64,000 nucleotides of DNA. Origin: a virus (taxonomy: Duplodnaviria; Caudoviricetes). The translations under genes and the position numbers were made by a program. The stretch covers positions 25,157 to 89,156 of the IMG/VR virus record IMGVR_UViG_3300032237_000868. One strand, given 5' to 3'. The notes under the pieces are model-generated. The model saw only the letters and a list, made by a program, of their open reading frames with translations. It was not told the DNA's origin and searched no databases. The stretch's first letter is position 1. The number at the start of each line of letters is the position of its first letter. Below are positions 19,406-30,411 of the stretch, piece after piece.

Positions 19406-20506
19406 TCAAAAATCAATGCGGACACGTACCAACAATTCATTATCAAAACTTTTTTGAACGGGTTGGCTTAATTTTGCAACCGCAACCAATTCATTTGATG
19501 AATCGTATAATCCAATTGTTGTTGGATATGTCTTTGGATCTGTTAAAAATTCAGTTATTTTAATTGCACCTTTTGTTAACCCAGTACCGTCCGAACCATT
19601 ACTGACATAAGTAGGATTGTTGCTATAATTAAAATCTTGATTTTTTATACGAACGAAATATTGTCTTGAAGGCAAAAATTCAGATTTACGTACTTTCATT
19701 ACAGAAGTGTTTGCCGCCACCAATGCACCATACAAATATTGTTGATTTACTTTATAATTTCCAGCATTTGAAGTGTATACATTGATACCAACCTGTGATG
19801 CAATTGCATTTGCATTCAAAACAATCACTCCGGTTTTTGGATAAAACAATCCAATTGATTGATAATTAATAACTGATCCGTTTTTATATGGAGCAGGTAT
19901 ACCATCTATTACACTACCGCTGATAATATTATATACATCTTGCTGTGTTTTAGTTATTGAAGAATCGTCGATAAATGTTAATTTACCTACACTTCCACTC
20001 AACGTAAATTCAAGCTGTCCTTCATCAACGCGATCTTTATAACGTGTGGTAGAAAATGCAATAACAAAAATTGATGATCCCGTTATTGATGTCGTTGTAT
20101 CAGTTGGAGTAGCACCTGTTGTATAACTTCCAGTTTTAAAATTAAAGTATTGGTCATCCGGATTCAACAAATAATTTTTATATTGCGAGTAGATAACTTT
20201 TGTTGGATTTGCCAAACTACTAGTATTGGCATCACCAGATCCGGAAGAATTATAATTGCCGTATGCAATGGAAAAATGTACTTGAGCACTGATATCAGTT
20301 ATAGGGTTTGCATTATAAATATCAAAATAATACAATCCGCTCTTTACATCAGTTGCTCCATTTGAGCCGGTTATCTGTGTTTGAGTGGATGATGTACATA
20401 ATGCTGATTGTGATCGAGCATAATTACCATCCAACCAAAATCCAGATGAAACTCTGTTTGTTCTTCCCAAAACAACGTCGGTATCAGAAAATTGATTAAA
20501 TATCAT
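19406..20506 (-). CDS. Hypothetical structural protein
   Basis: 366 aa; C-terminal TTIGLYD..NELVAVAKLSQP motif shared with 16310-17194. Confidence 0.7.
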   Translation of the reverse strand: MIFNQFSDTDVVLGRTNRVSSGFWLDGNYARSQSALCTSSTQTQITGSNGATDVKSGLYYFDIYNANPITDISAQVHFSIAYGNYNSSGSGDANTSSLANPTKVIYSQYKNYLLNPDDQYFNFKTGSYTTGATPTDTTTSITGSSIFVIAFSTTRYKDRVDEGQLEFTLSGSVGKLTFIDDSSITKTQQDVYNIISGSVIDGIPAPYKNGSVINYQSIGLFYPKTGVIVLNANAIASQVGINVYTSNAGNYKVNQQYLYGALVAANTSVMKVRKSEFLPSRQYFVRIKNQDFNYSNNPTYVSNGSDGTGLTKGAIKITEFLTDPKTYPTTIGLYDSSNELVAVAKLSQPVQKSFDNELLVRVRIDF

Positions 20507-20510
20507 AATA

Positions 20511-21140
20511 TTATACGGTTACTTTTACTGGAATAGTAAGACTACCACCACTTTCATTACCAATAATTGTAATAGTTGATGTGGTAGTTACATTTAAAGA
20601 TGAATTCGGAACAAATTTAAATTGGATACCAATAACAACTTGTGAACTTTCTGTTACAGCATCACCTGCAAAACTTGGTATGGTGCTCGACACACTATTT
20701 AAACTATTTACTTGGGTAACGATTAATGTTCCGATGTTTTTATTTCCCAAAATGGCAGTATATCCTAAAGTTGTATTGTAAGTAGGATTTGTACTCGGTG
20801 AAATAATAACGTCTGCGGCATATGTGCGTGGAATATCAATAGATGATTGTGCAACACTAATGACAGGAATCGCAGTGACGCCCGCTGGTAATGTAACCAA
20901 TTTATATTTCATCAACTGAGATTCATCACTAAATGGTTCCAAAACAGGAGTATTTCTTAATGCCAAATCATAATACGCACTTCCGAGTGGATGATTTGAT
21001 TGGTAAAGATTATAATCGATCTCATCATCAGCCAATGCAAATGATGTGATATTTAAATTACCGTTTTTTGCAAGCAACTCTCTGCCTTTTTTTGTTAAAG
21101 TTGCCGTCACAGTTAATGTATTGTTGTCTAAATATGCCAT
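20511..21140 (-). CDS. Hypothetical structural protein
   Basis: ATLTKKGRELLA...ITSFALADDEIDY N-terminus. Confidence 0.7.
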   Translation of the reverse strand: MAYLDNNTLTVTATLTKKGRELLAKNGNLNITSFALADDEIDYNLYQSNHPLGSAYYDLALRNTPVLEPFSDESQLMKYKLVTLPAGVTAIPVISVAQSSIDIPRTYAADVIISPSTNPTYNTTLGYTAILGNKNIGTLIVTQVNSLNSVSSTIPSFAGDAVTESSQVVIGIQFKFVPNSSLNVTTTSTITIIGNESGGSLTIPVKVTV

Positions 21141-21183
21141 ATTACTTATAAGTATGTTTGTACTACACTATTTCATTTAAATA

Positions 21184-24100
21184 TTAACTAATTGTCAAAG
21201 AAATTTGATTTATATCTTTATTTACACTAGAAATCTCGACTGGCAAACTTCCATCTGGAATGCCTCTGTCATTGACTGTGGTATATATAGTTTGTTGTGA
21301 TTTAATAAACAATGAAGAACTAATTGACGTGTCAGCCAATTTAATGACACTAAAACTAGTTAGTGGACGATTTAATGTTGACAAATGACCCTTTGGATAA
21401 GATATAGTGTCTATAGAATCAGAACTTGCTGATGGACTGCCACTTAAATTAAAATTATATGCTGTGAAATTTTTGTTTGAGATGATGTCGTTTACAATCA
21501 ATAATTTATTATTTGTAGAACTATATGCGATATAATTTTGTAATGATCCAGTGCGATCTCTATCTACATAATTGCCACCAATTACAAACACACTGCGGCG
21601 TTTTAATACGTCTGAATCCGAAATATAATTGTTGATATAGTTATTTAAATAACCAGTGGTTTCATTTCCGTTTTTAGCAATATTTGAAGATATATCAGAT
21701 GGCAACATTTCAATTTTTGATCCTGATATGCTGTGTGATTTGTTAAAAACACTCACATTAAAATCATTGATTACGCCGCTATCAATAGGTCTATTTTGAT
21801 ATTTGTTACGTTCAAGGATGCTTGGTTCAACCAATATACCATCAATAATCTTTGCTCTTGCTGGAAACAATTGTTTTGCCGTCGTAAAAAATGAACCATC
21901 AAAATAGTGTTTATAAAGTGTCAAAAATTCTTGATACAATACTTTTTCAGCAAGATTGTTGGTATTATATTGTGTACGTAAAATACGAAGGGCATCATAT
22001 TGATCTGCATACAACTCTTCTGGATTTCCAATTTCGTTCATCAAATTGTAATTGCCCAAGAAATTAATCATGTCATCATCTCTCACTTTAAATGGTGAAA
22101 TATAAACACCAATCAAGTTAGAATCTTGTGTAACTGTGTTGCTAACTACACTACGTTCAGTTGGCATCAAACGTGCCATCACTGTTTCCGTGACTTTATT
22201 AATTTTGAGATTTTTATATTTGTTCGGACCTACATTATCCAATTTAATGTTTTGTCTAACATCAATTTCATCAAATTGATATGGAAATACAGATGTAGAA
22301 ATTTCGGCACAATTTACAACAGCTGTTGTATTTTGCGGAAAATTATAAAGTGATGCAGTAACAGTATTGTAGTAACTATTTGCATTGCGTAATTTATAAA
22401 AAGTAGATCCGGTATAAAGATTTATTGGATAATCGACACTGTATCGATAGTACAAATCACTATATGTTACAGATGAACTATAATTATTATATGCATCAAA
22501 ATTTCGGGCATGATCTAAAAATGCTTCATCGTCTAATTCCGAAGACCAAATATTTATTTTATCGATATTTCCACGAAATCCATTGCCAAAACTGCCAGCA
22601 AAAATTGTTCCGCTTGAGTAAAAAATTTGAACTAAATCATATGAAATTAGCAACATTTTTTTGGTATCGAAAATTAATCGATCATCTTCAACACCAACTA
22701 CTCTAAATTGAAGATATGATGGATTTTTAATTCCAGCGTCAAATTGATCCGCCGCAGAAACAATCTTTACAAGCACGCTATAAATTTTACCATTAAAAAT
22801 AGGAATATTTTCGATTATCAAATCTTTAGATTTAAATGATAATATAATTTTGCCGCATTTATCTTTAACATCTTTGACAATATTAATGTTCCAATCAGAA
22901 CTGATGTTGGTCATGAAATAAATAGGAACATTCTGTGGAAATGAGTAATTTGAATCTACTCGAAATTTAAATTCAATTGATTTGAGTTGTGTAGGTGTGG
23001 GAAGCAAAACAACTTCATCTTTTCCTTGATATTTTGTAAAATAATATTTTTGATCAAAGACATAAGAAGATTGGTCTTCTTGTGAAATGTTGTTGCCACC
23101 AAATTCTTTAATATTTAATAAACTATGTGGTATACCATAAATGTTTGCAAGTAAACGCACACATTCTTCGGTTCCTTTGGTTTTGTATAAAATTGGAAGA
23201 TTGCGTAAAATACGATTCCAAATTGTTTTTAATTTTTCATCATCGGAAACACTGTTGCTACCAGTCAAATAAGTATCTGCTATTGTAGCACTGTCAAATG
23301 AACTGATAGGTTTCCAGCCAAATTGTTCTAACAATACATTAGCAAATGAAGAAATGTAAGATGCTGATACATTTGTTAAAATAGAATCATCATTAGGAAA
23401 TTCTACATTATCGACATATTGCAGTGTTGGAAATTTATTATAATAAAGGTAGATATTATCAAAATGATGTCCGATCATTGATAAGAAAATCAAATAATCA
23501 GAATTATCGCCATCTACAACAATATATTTTGGTGTATTATTGATCAAGCTATCATCATTATTTGTATCGTACTCAATAGCATTATTAATATATGTTGTTA
23601 ATGTATCGCCGGAAAGACTTGCAGACGGTAATGAATTTAAATAAACATCAAATCCATCAAATCCATTGTAAATGGTATTGATTTGAATTTGAATACTGTT
23701 GTAATCTACTGCATATGAACTACTAATTGCAGTCGATGCACTAACTGAAGCACTTGTATACTGAATTAATTTGTTATTTAATGAATTGATTTTTGATAAT
23801 TTATTTAAAAATAGTTTGATTCTCAATTCTGCCGATGAAAATAAAATAAATTTTGAAAAATCACTATAATCAATATTCAATTCGGTTAATTTTTTATAAA
23901 ACTGGACTTGTGTTGTTTGTGAATCAGTTAACTTCAAATCATTACTTGATTGATAATTTACTGGCTTTGATTTATAATCATCAATTTTAACTTTAAAATT
24001 TGGTCCTGCAATTTTGAATCGTTTTTTAACAACCGGCGCATTCAAAATTACCTTTTGAATCATTGGCTTTAATAAAATGTTGCTAATCCAACAACGATCT

Positions 24101-25266
24101 CGCAATCCAATTGATTTTGGTAGGTAATCTAATAACTTAACGATAATGTTAACAACACCATTTTCAACGTAACCGTCATAATTTAAAATTGGCAAGAACT
24201 TATTATTACCAAAATTCAATGCATTCTGCAAATAATTGAAATATTTGTTTTGATAATCAGCATTAATTGTATCAATTACATTTTTAATGAAGTTATCATA
24301 AAAAATATGAGTAATAAAATTAGTGATCGGTGTTTGATTTACTGGATTAGCTCCAAAGAACGTGTTTACTTTACGTAAACGAACTTCGGTTGCTTTATTA
24401 ATAATATATTGAAAATGTGCTTGTAATTGAGCTGCGGATTCTACATTTTTATAGTAAGTGTATAACCAATTTTTCAAATATCCACCGATACCTTCAAATA
24501 CATCATATATAATCTGATCGTCATTTCCTTGAATTTGCTTTGTAAATCCAATATATGTTTCGTTTAAAAAATTAATTACATCCAAATCAGTTCTAAAACC
24601 AAACGTGGTTTTCATAATTTGAAATGTTTGTTTATTATTTTTAATTAATTCTTCAGATTGAGAATATATTTGATATGAATCTAATTGTTGAACTAATGCC
24701 GGAACAATATCACGAATTAAAAACTTTTTAGTAGCAAGTGCTTCTAATTCTAGACCAATTAACAATTGCGCTTCATTATTTGTATCAATTTTAAATGACG
24801 GAATCAATTGTAATTCTTTTCTAGAAACGGAAATATTTTTAATTGTTAATGGATATGTTGATGTGCCACCGATATTACGTAAAATGGTATATGAAACAAT
24901 ATGATTTCCATTAACAATGTTACTGGAACTCAAATGTGTAAGTGTATCAAATAAAATGTTACGGTCATATGAAATAATATAACCGCTATTGTATTGTTTA
25001 TAGTGGTAAGTTAAAACAGTTTGATTTACATCTTTGTATGTCTTACTGACAACATTATAAATTGGATTTACAGGAACGGTATTCCAAACTTTTAAATTTC
25101 CATCGATATCATATACTGAAAATTCAATTACATCTTGTTCAGATGCACCAAAATATTTATCACTATTTGAACCGGATAAAATTGTATCTAAATCTGATTG
25201 ATCATAAAATGAACCAGAATTTACACTGTCAATATTAGTTGATATTGTTTTGTATGGAAATGCCAT
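21184..25266 (-). CDS. Large baseplate/tail-associated protein with LamG-like segment
   Basis: 1360 aa; LYKTKGTEECVRLLANIYGIP baseplate-wedge-like motif; FRGNIDKINIW. Confidence 0.65.
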   Translation of the reverse strand: MAFPYKTISTNIDSVNSGSFYDQSDLDTILSGSNSDKYFGASEQDVIEFSVYDIDGNLKVWNTVPVNPIYNVVSKTYKDVNQTVLTYHYKQYNSGYIISYDRNILFDTLTHLSSSNIVNGNHIVSYTILRNIGGTSTYPLTIKNISVSRKELQLIPSFKIDTNNEAQLLIGLELEALATKKFLIRDIVPALVQQLDSYQIYSQSEELIKNNKQTFQIMKTTFGFRTDLDVINFLNETYIGFTKQIQGNDDQIIYDVFEGIGGYLKNWLYTYYKNVESAAQLQAHFQYIINKATEVRLRKVNTFFGANPVNQTPITNFITHIFYDNFIKNVIDTINADYQNKYFNYLQNALNFGNNKFLPILNYDGYVENGVVNIIVKLLDYLPKSIGLRDRCWISNILLKPMIQKVILNAPVVKKRFKIAGPNFKVKIDDYKSKPVNYQSSNDLKLTDSQTTQVQFYKKLTELNIDYSDFSKFILFSSAELRIKLFLNKLSKINSLNNKLIQYTSASVSASTAISSSYAVDYNSIQIQINTIYNGFDGFDVYLNSLPSASLSGDTLTTYINNAIEYDTNNDDSLINNTPKYIVVDGDNSDYLIFLSMIGHHFDNIYLYYNKFPTLQYVDNVEFPNDDSILTNVSASYISSFANVLLEQFGWKPISSFDSATIADTYLTGSNSVSDDEKLKTIWNRILRNLPILYKTKGTEECVRLLANIYGIPHSLLNIKEFGGNNISQEDQSSYVFDQKYYFTKYQGKDEVVLLPTPTQLKSIEFKFRVDSNYSFPQNVPIYFMTNISSDWNINIVKDVKDKCGKIILSFKSKDLIIENIPIFNGKIYSVLVKIVSAADQFDAGIKNPSYLQFRVVGVEDDRLIFDTKKMLLISYDLVQIFYSSGTIFAGSFGNGFRGNIDKINIWSSELDDEAFLDHARNFDAYNNYSSSVTYSDLYYRYSVDYPINLYTGSTFYKLRNANSYYNTVTASLYNFPQNTTAVVNCAEISTSVFPYQFDEIDVRQNIKLDNVGPNKYKNLKINKVTETVMARLMPTERSVVSNTVTQDSNLIGVYISPFKVRDDDMINFLGNYNLMNEIGNPEELYADQYDALRILRTQYNTNNLAEKVLYQEFLTLYKHYFDGSFFTTAKQLFPARAKIIDGILVEPSILERNKYQNRPIDSGVINDFNVSVFNKSHSISGSKIEMLPSDISSNIAKNGNETTGYLNNYINNYISDSDVLKRRSVFVIGGNYVDRDRTGSLQNYIAYSSTNNKLLIVNDIISNKNFTAYNFNLSGSPSASSDSIDTISYPKGHLSTLNRPLTSFSVIKLADTSISSSLFIKSQQTIYTTVNDRGIPDGSLPVEISSVNKDINQISLTIS

Positions 25267-25269
25267 AAA

Positions 25270-25704
25270 TTATTTTTTTAAATATGGAAAAGCATCAGAG
25301 AAATCATCTGATGATTTACCTTCATTTAATTTGATACGTAATTTAATAATAACATCTTTGGATGCGTCAACAACTGCACTTGCACTGTTTTGATTGTCGG
25401 CAGCAATAACTGCATTCAATTGATTTCTTAAATTTTCATTTTCTTGCATCAGTTGACTTACAGTAATATCAGAGTTTGTTACAGGTAAAATAGTCGTAGG
25501 TATTGCAAACTCTTTAATTTCTACATCATATAAAGTTGCAATTTGTTCATTATTATACAAATAATTTTGTACTCCGAATTTAATATATCTTTGATTAACA
25601 TCAATCGGATCTATAGATAAATTAATATTTCCAGCATCATCTAAATTATTATTAAAAGTGCCGTCAATCAAAAATTGCTTTATTTCTTTATCAAATGATT
25701 TCAT
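25270..25704 (-). CDS. Hypothetical protein
   Basis: 144 aa ORF in operon. Confidence 0.65.
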   Translation of the reverse strand: MKSFDKEIKQFLIDGTFNNNLDDAGNINLSIDPIDVNQRYIKFGVQNYLYNNEQIATLYDVEIKEFAIPTTILPVTNSDITVSQLMQENENLRNQLNAVIAADNQNSASAVVDASKDVIIKLRIKLNEGKSSDDFSDAFPYLKK

Positions 25705-27293
25705 CTAGTTACTTTAAATATATATCCATTATCAAATATTTGTTCTTCATTATTTGTAACAACTTTAACTAAAATTCGATAGAATCTTTCTTGGGCAAAT
25801 GAAGTTGTATCCAATACAAAATAATGCATATTACCATCACAACTCAATTTGGTTGATTCGTCAAAATCTACAATTATGCTTTCACTTTCATTGTCCTTAA
25901 TACAATAGTAAGAGCTTGTAGGCAACAAGCTAGAAGTTAAAAACTGATTCATTTGATAACCTTTAACGAAATTTTTCAATGGATTCTTTGGACGAGAATA
26001 TACATCAATTCTCGGAATTGCGCCAAATTTATAGTTTTTATTCAGATTACGCAATATGACTGTAAATGGATTGGATTCACTGACTGCAACTAAGCTGCCA
26101 GTTACATAACTGCTATCATCCCATTGAACGTCTAAATAAGGAGTATAAATAGTATTTGTATCTTTGCTAAAAAACTTAAACGTTCCTTTTGTTGTTTCAG
26201 CTTTTGATAATTCCAATGAAGTCAAAATAATAAGACCTTCATTTGGAATACATCCACAAATCCACGATTTTACAATTTCAGAAACATCAATACCAAGATT
26301 GCTCTTTTCATAATTAAAGTCTTGTCGAGCAATCAAACTATTGCTTGCAGAAATTGTATGGCAATATCCACTAGATGCGGATATATAAGTAGAAGGTACG
26401 TTATAATACCACGTTCCACCACCTTTGTTAAAGGATTCGGACGCATAAGACGCCGTATTAAAATAATCGACAAATTTATATGTTGTGCTGCCTGTTATTG
26501 TATACCAATAATTACCAGACTCGCCCGAAAAATCCTTATAATACCAACTTGCACCCAAATTGGAACCACTTGTTTCATAATAACCATCGCCCATTTCCCA
26601 GCTTTGACTAACCGGATACGCATACATAGAATAAGACAGTGGAATTTCAGATGCTTGTACAATTTCCATCTTCAAAGTAACCTTCAAAGAACCTGTGTTT
26701 TTAATTGTACCATCCACAATAGATTTTGAAATTGCAGATACATCAAATTTTAATAATGCCCGGCTGAGAGCGGGTATCGTTTCAAATGATATAGACGGAC
26801 TATATACGCTGCCAGTACCAATACCTGCACCTTGAATCAAGCCAGTAAAACTGCTAACAGATCCACTAGCGTCACAAATTACACCTGTCCAACTACCACT
26901 TATACTTCCACTTAAACTGCCGCTTAAACGCCCGGTTTGATTCGATACACTTGCAGTTGTAGTTGTTCCATTTAAACTACCAGTTATTAATCCGGTAAAT
27001 GATAATGTTCCCTGAATATTAGCGTCGGAATTTATTAACAAGTTCGAATTTATTGTAGAACCGCTTAAATATCCATTTACTAGACCGGTAAATAAATATA
27101 AACCGGATTCTACCGAATAATTCTGAGAAATACTAGCTGTTTGATAAACCGTGACATTGCGATACAATTGCGTATTGGCTTTTATCTCCAAAATTTCATC
27201 CAATCCCAAGTTTTTACTCAAGTAATTGGTTTCGTTAGTAATGTATGTATCTTTCGATGGATAAATAAAATGGTGCATTCTTATACCTTCCAA
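25701..27293 (-). CDS. Hypothetical structural protein, Ser/Gly-rich
   Basis: 530 aa ORF; start may be 27278. Confidence 0.65.
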   Translation of the reverse strand: MEGIRMHHFIYPSKDTYITNETNYLSKNLGLDEILEIKANTQLYRNVTVYQTASISQNYSVESGLYLFTGLVNGYLSGSTINSNLLINSDANIQGTLSFTGLITGSLNGTTTTASVSNQTGRLSGSLSGSISGSWTGVICDASGSVSSFTGLIQGAGIGTGSVYSPSISFETIPALSRALLKFDVSAISKSIVDGTIKNTGSLKVTLKMEIVQASEIPLSYSMYAYPVSQSWEMGDGYYETSGSNLGASWYYKDFSGESGNYWYTITGSTTYKFVDYFNTASYASESFNKGGGTWYYNVPSTYISASSGYCHTISASNSLIARQDFNYEKSNLGIDVSEIVKSWICGCIPNEGLIILTSLELSKAETTKGTFKFFSKDTNTIYTPYLDVQWDDSSYVTGSLVAVSESNPFTVILRNLNKNYKFGAIPRIDVYSRPKNPLKNFVKGYQMNQFLTSSLLPTSSYYCIKDNESESIIVDFDESTKLSCDGNMHYFVLDTTSFAQERFYRILVKVVTNNEEQIFDNGYIFKVTR

Positions 27294-27448
27294 TTTAAAA
27301 TGTTGTGTTTTTTTTGTTTAGTCAATGTAAATCCGAATAATTCTACAGAATTTTTAACTACCTTTTTAGCATCTTGCACCTTCAAAGCGGTGCGTAATCT
27401 ATTACGATGTAACGATATAATTTTGTATATAGAATCGGCTCGTGTCAT
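27281..27448 (-). CDS. Small basic hypothetical protein (55 aa, not in track)
   Basis: Manual ORF MTRADSIYKII...NWKV filling the intergenic gap. Confidence 0.45.
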   Translation of the reverse strand: MTRADSIYKIISLHRNRLRTALKVQDAKKVVKNSVELFGFTLTKQKKHNILNWKV

Positions 27449-27455
27449 AGATTTA

Positions 27456-29435
27456 TTATATTACGGCTCCTTTAACATCATTGTCAGGATATTTGAGTTC
27501 AAATACAGATGGATCTAATGAAGGATAAACAATCTTATTCAAAGTTGCTTGTTCGATATTGTATTCATGAGGCGAATAATCGCCATCATTAATAGTTAAA
27601 TTTTTGAATTTAATTTCCACTACAGATTGAACACCGTCTACTTTTGCAATTTCAAGTTCCAATTGACTAATATTGATAGGTTGATTAAAAGTCCATTTAT
27701 CAATAACAAAAAAATCTTTTACTTTTTGAATACATGTATTTAATACATCACGCTTGTTGTAATTGTTAAATACTGAAATTTTAAAATCTACTCCAAAATT
27801 AATAATATATCCATCAATAATATTGATACCATCGGTTAATAATTTATATTTTTCTAAATATTTACGCAAATTATATAACAATGCATTATTAATATTTGTT
27901 AAGTTTTTATTTGAATTATAACTTAAAATATACAAATTAATGCTAAACGGATTTGATACGTCATAATTTACTTTACGGAAATAATTAGAGACCGCATCAT
28001 TTATAAGAGTAACTTGATCTGTATTATCATTGAATCCACTTACATATTTGTTTATATTTACATTTAAATTTGAATTTGAAACAACATATGCTTTTGCAAT
28101 TGTGCCAAAACGAGGAGGAAGGTTATAAATTCTTGATGTATAATCATCAGTTGTTACTGCTCTGTTTTGTGAAGCAAAATAAGCAAGTGCATTTTGACGA
28201 ATTTCATCTACGCTTTCAGAATCTGCACCACCCGTTGCGGCGACCGGATTTGTTACACGTAAAGAATTTTTAACAGTTTGCATCAATGCCAATTGTGAAG
28301 GAGTAAATCCACTCGTATCTGTTGCAAAATCTACTGATACGATTGTTTTGATGTCATCCGATGCACAATTGCTTAGTAATCCACCGCCTACAATATATTT
28401 GATAGTTAGTGTAGTATTTGATGGAGCTTGGCCCATACTGTTTGTAGTAAGTAATTTACTACTGTCATATGAAATATTTAAATTTGTAATATTCCGCAAA
28501 CCAATACCGATTAATTCTTGGGATGGATAAATAATTTCATCCGACAAGCTTTCTGTGCCGGGACCAAATTGTAAATATGTTACATTGCTTGAATTTGTAT
28601 TAACTGTAAATTTACGTGATGTAATAAATGACTTTAACAGTTTTGGTACGTCTGAGTTGTATTGAAATAAATCTCCATCATTTACGCTTGTATTTTCTTC
28701 TTCTGAGAAAATTAAATCTTGTGCCAAATAATCGACTTGATACCATCTATTGTTATCACTGTCTCTTACTTCTAAGATGTCAATAACATTATTTTCAGTC
28801 AGTGGAATATTTAAAAATGCTTGTGGATTATTCAAATTAAAACTTGCAACCACAATTTTACCAGCAATTGCACGTATTGATTTTTTCAACAAAAAGAATT
28901 GCGGCACTCCATAATCATCCCTAGAATATACAGTTGATTCTCTTGGAGAATTTTTAGTATCTACCGCAAAATCTATCGGATCCATGGTTAAATAATATAC
29001 TCCCGCACTGTTAACCAATTGCATATATTCGCGCAATGATAATGCATATGTATTATCAGGTATATATTCACCCGAACTATTTTTGATTGATGGAACTAGT
29101 TGATATACATCAATCGTAGTGACCGCAGCTTTGGTTGGTTTAGTCTTGTAACCAAGATAATTTGCCAAAGCAATAACATTTTTTCGTTCACTCGCGTAAT
29201 TCAATAAACTTTCTTTTAGTTGGTAGTCTCCATAATAGGAAAGTACATCTCCAACATAAGCAGCTTGTTCGATAAACATTGTTCCCGGTGACGCAGTATT
29301 GAAATCTTTGTAAGTATTTGGAAAATATATTTGTGCGTATTGAATCAATGCATCTCGAAAAGAGTTGAAATCTTTGTTAATATATTTCAATTCTTTTTTT
29401 CCAGTATTAAATTGTTTTTGAATGATGTCGGCCAT
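27456..29435 (-). CDS. Baseplate wedge subunit (gp6/baseplate J-like)
   Basis: KDFNSFRDALIQYAQIYFP, AATGGADSESVDEIRQNA, QNRAVTTDDY. Confidence 0.9.
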   Translation of the reverse strand: MADIIQKQFNTGKKELKYINKDFNSFRDALIQYAQIYFPNTYKDFNTASPGTMFIEQAAYVGDVLSYYGDYQLKESLLNYASERKNVIALANYLGYKTKPTKAAVTTIDVYQLVPSIKNSSGEYIPDNTYALSLREYMQLVNSAGVYYLTMDPIDFAVDTKNSPRESTVYSRDDYGVPQFFLLKKSIRAIAGKIVVASFNLNNPQAFLNIPLTENNVIDILEVRDSDNNRWYQVDYLAQDLIFSEEENTSVNDGDLFQYNSDVPKLLKSFITSRKFTVNTNSSNVTYLQFGPGTESLSDEIIYPSQELIGIGLRNITNLNISYDSSKLLTTNSMGQAPSNTTLTIKYIVGGGLLSNCASDDIKTIVSVDFATDTSGFTPSQLALMQTVKNSLRVTNPVAATGGADSESVDEIRQNALAYFASQNRAVTTDDYTSRIYNLPPRFGTIAKAYVVSNSNLNVNINKYVSGFNDNTDQVTLINDAVSNYFRKVNYDVSNPFSINLYILSYNSNKNLTNINNALLYNLRKYLEKYKLLTDGINIIDGYIINFGVDFKISVFNNYNKRDVLNTCIQKVKDFFVIDKWTFNQPINISQLELEIAKVDGVQSVVEIKFKNLTINDGDYSPHEYNIEQATLNKIVYPSLDPSVFELKYPDNDVKGAVI

Positions 29436-29438
29436 ACA

Positions 29439-29834
29439 TTATATATTATTAGACATAAATTCCATAGATACAGAATCCGTTTGTTGGTTGACTCTAAATA
29501 TAATTTTCAGATATACTTTATAAGTATTAGTGAGTGTATTTTTTTCACTATTCGATATATTTAAATTTATATTTTCAATAGTCACGCCCGGTATCCACAT
29601 ATTTATTTTCTTTTCAATAATACGCTTGATTAAATCGGGCGTGTTTTGCAAGTTTTGTTCAAATAAGGCTTCTTGCAAGCCGGAAGAAAATTGTGGCTGC
29701 ATTCTACGTTCACCGTTGTTGGTACGTAAAAGATTAATAATATTACTTTTGATCTGAGTCATACTATCATACGACTGAGCAAAATATCCATTGTTTCCTC
29801 TAGTTAAAGGCAATACCAATCCAATAGGGTTCAT
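29439..29834 (-). CDS. Baseplate wedge protein gp25-like
   Basis: QIKSNIINLLRTNNGERRMQPQFSSGL. Confidence 0.88.
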   Translation of the reverse strand: MNPIGLVLPLTRGNNGYFAQSYDSMTQIKSNIINLLRTNNGERRMQPQFSSGLQEALFEQNLQNTPDLIKRIIEKKINMWIPGVTIENINLNISNSEKNTLTNTYKVYLKIIFRVNQQTDSVSMEFMSNNI

Positions 29835-29836
29835 AA

Positions 29837-30376
29837 TTAATCAATAGTACTAAAATCATTTGGTACACCGGCGTTGATGCTTAGTCCTCCGGTGCTTCCT
29901 CCAAACGGTCCTTGTTTTTTCTTTGCGTCAACCGCCTTCATTAATTTACGATAATCTTTGAAAACTCCAATTTCAGCTTGTGCTTTTGTTTCTTCATTTA
30001 AAAGTGGAGAAGTTGGTGCTTGAATATTTAATGGGTGACTTCCTGATTTAAAATTAGGACGCTGCATTTGTGCTCCGAACGATACATCTTGTGGAATTCC
30101 GCCTTCGGTTTCATTCAAAGCTTGATTCAACAATTGATTGTTAGTAAATTTCTTTTGTTGTTTTGGTTTTGGAGCGATTGGAGTTGGATTTTCAGCTATC
30201 TCATTTTTTAAATTTTCAAAAAAATTCTCATTATTATTGATTTCACTTAATTGTGGTTTTGTAGACTTGCCAGATAATGCTTCAGCAACAATTTGTGGCA
30301 CTAACTTGGGTAATAATTTTTTAATTTCTTCTTGAACGATTACTCGTACTAATTGTTTGAATTGTTCCGCTTTCAT
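29837..30376 (-). CDS. Hypothetical protein
   Basis: 179 aa ORF. Confidence 0.7.
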   Translation of the reverse strand: MKAEQFKQLVRVIVQEEIKKLLPKLVPQIVAEALSGKSTKPQLSEINNNENFFENLKNEIAENPTPIAPKPKQQKKFTNNQLLNQALNETEGGIPQDVSFGAQMQRPNFKSGSHPLNIQAPTSPLLNEETKAQAEIGVFKDYRKLMKAVDAKKKQGPFGGSTGGLSINAGVPNDFSTID

Positions 30377-30411
30377 AAGATTATATAATAACTATATAGA
30401 ATATATTACTT

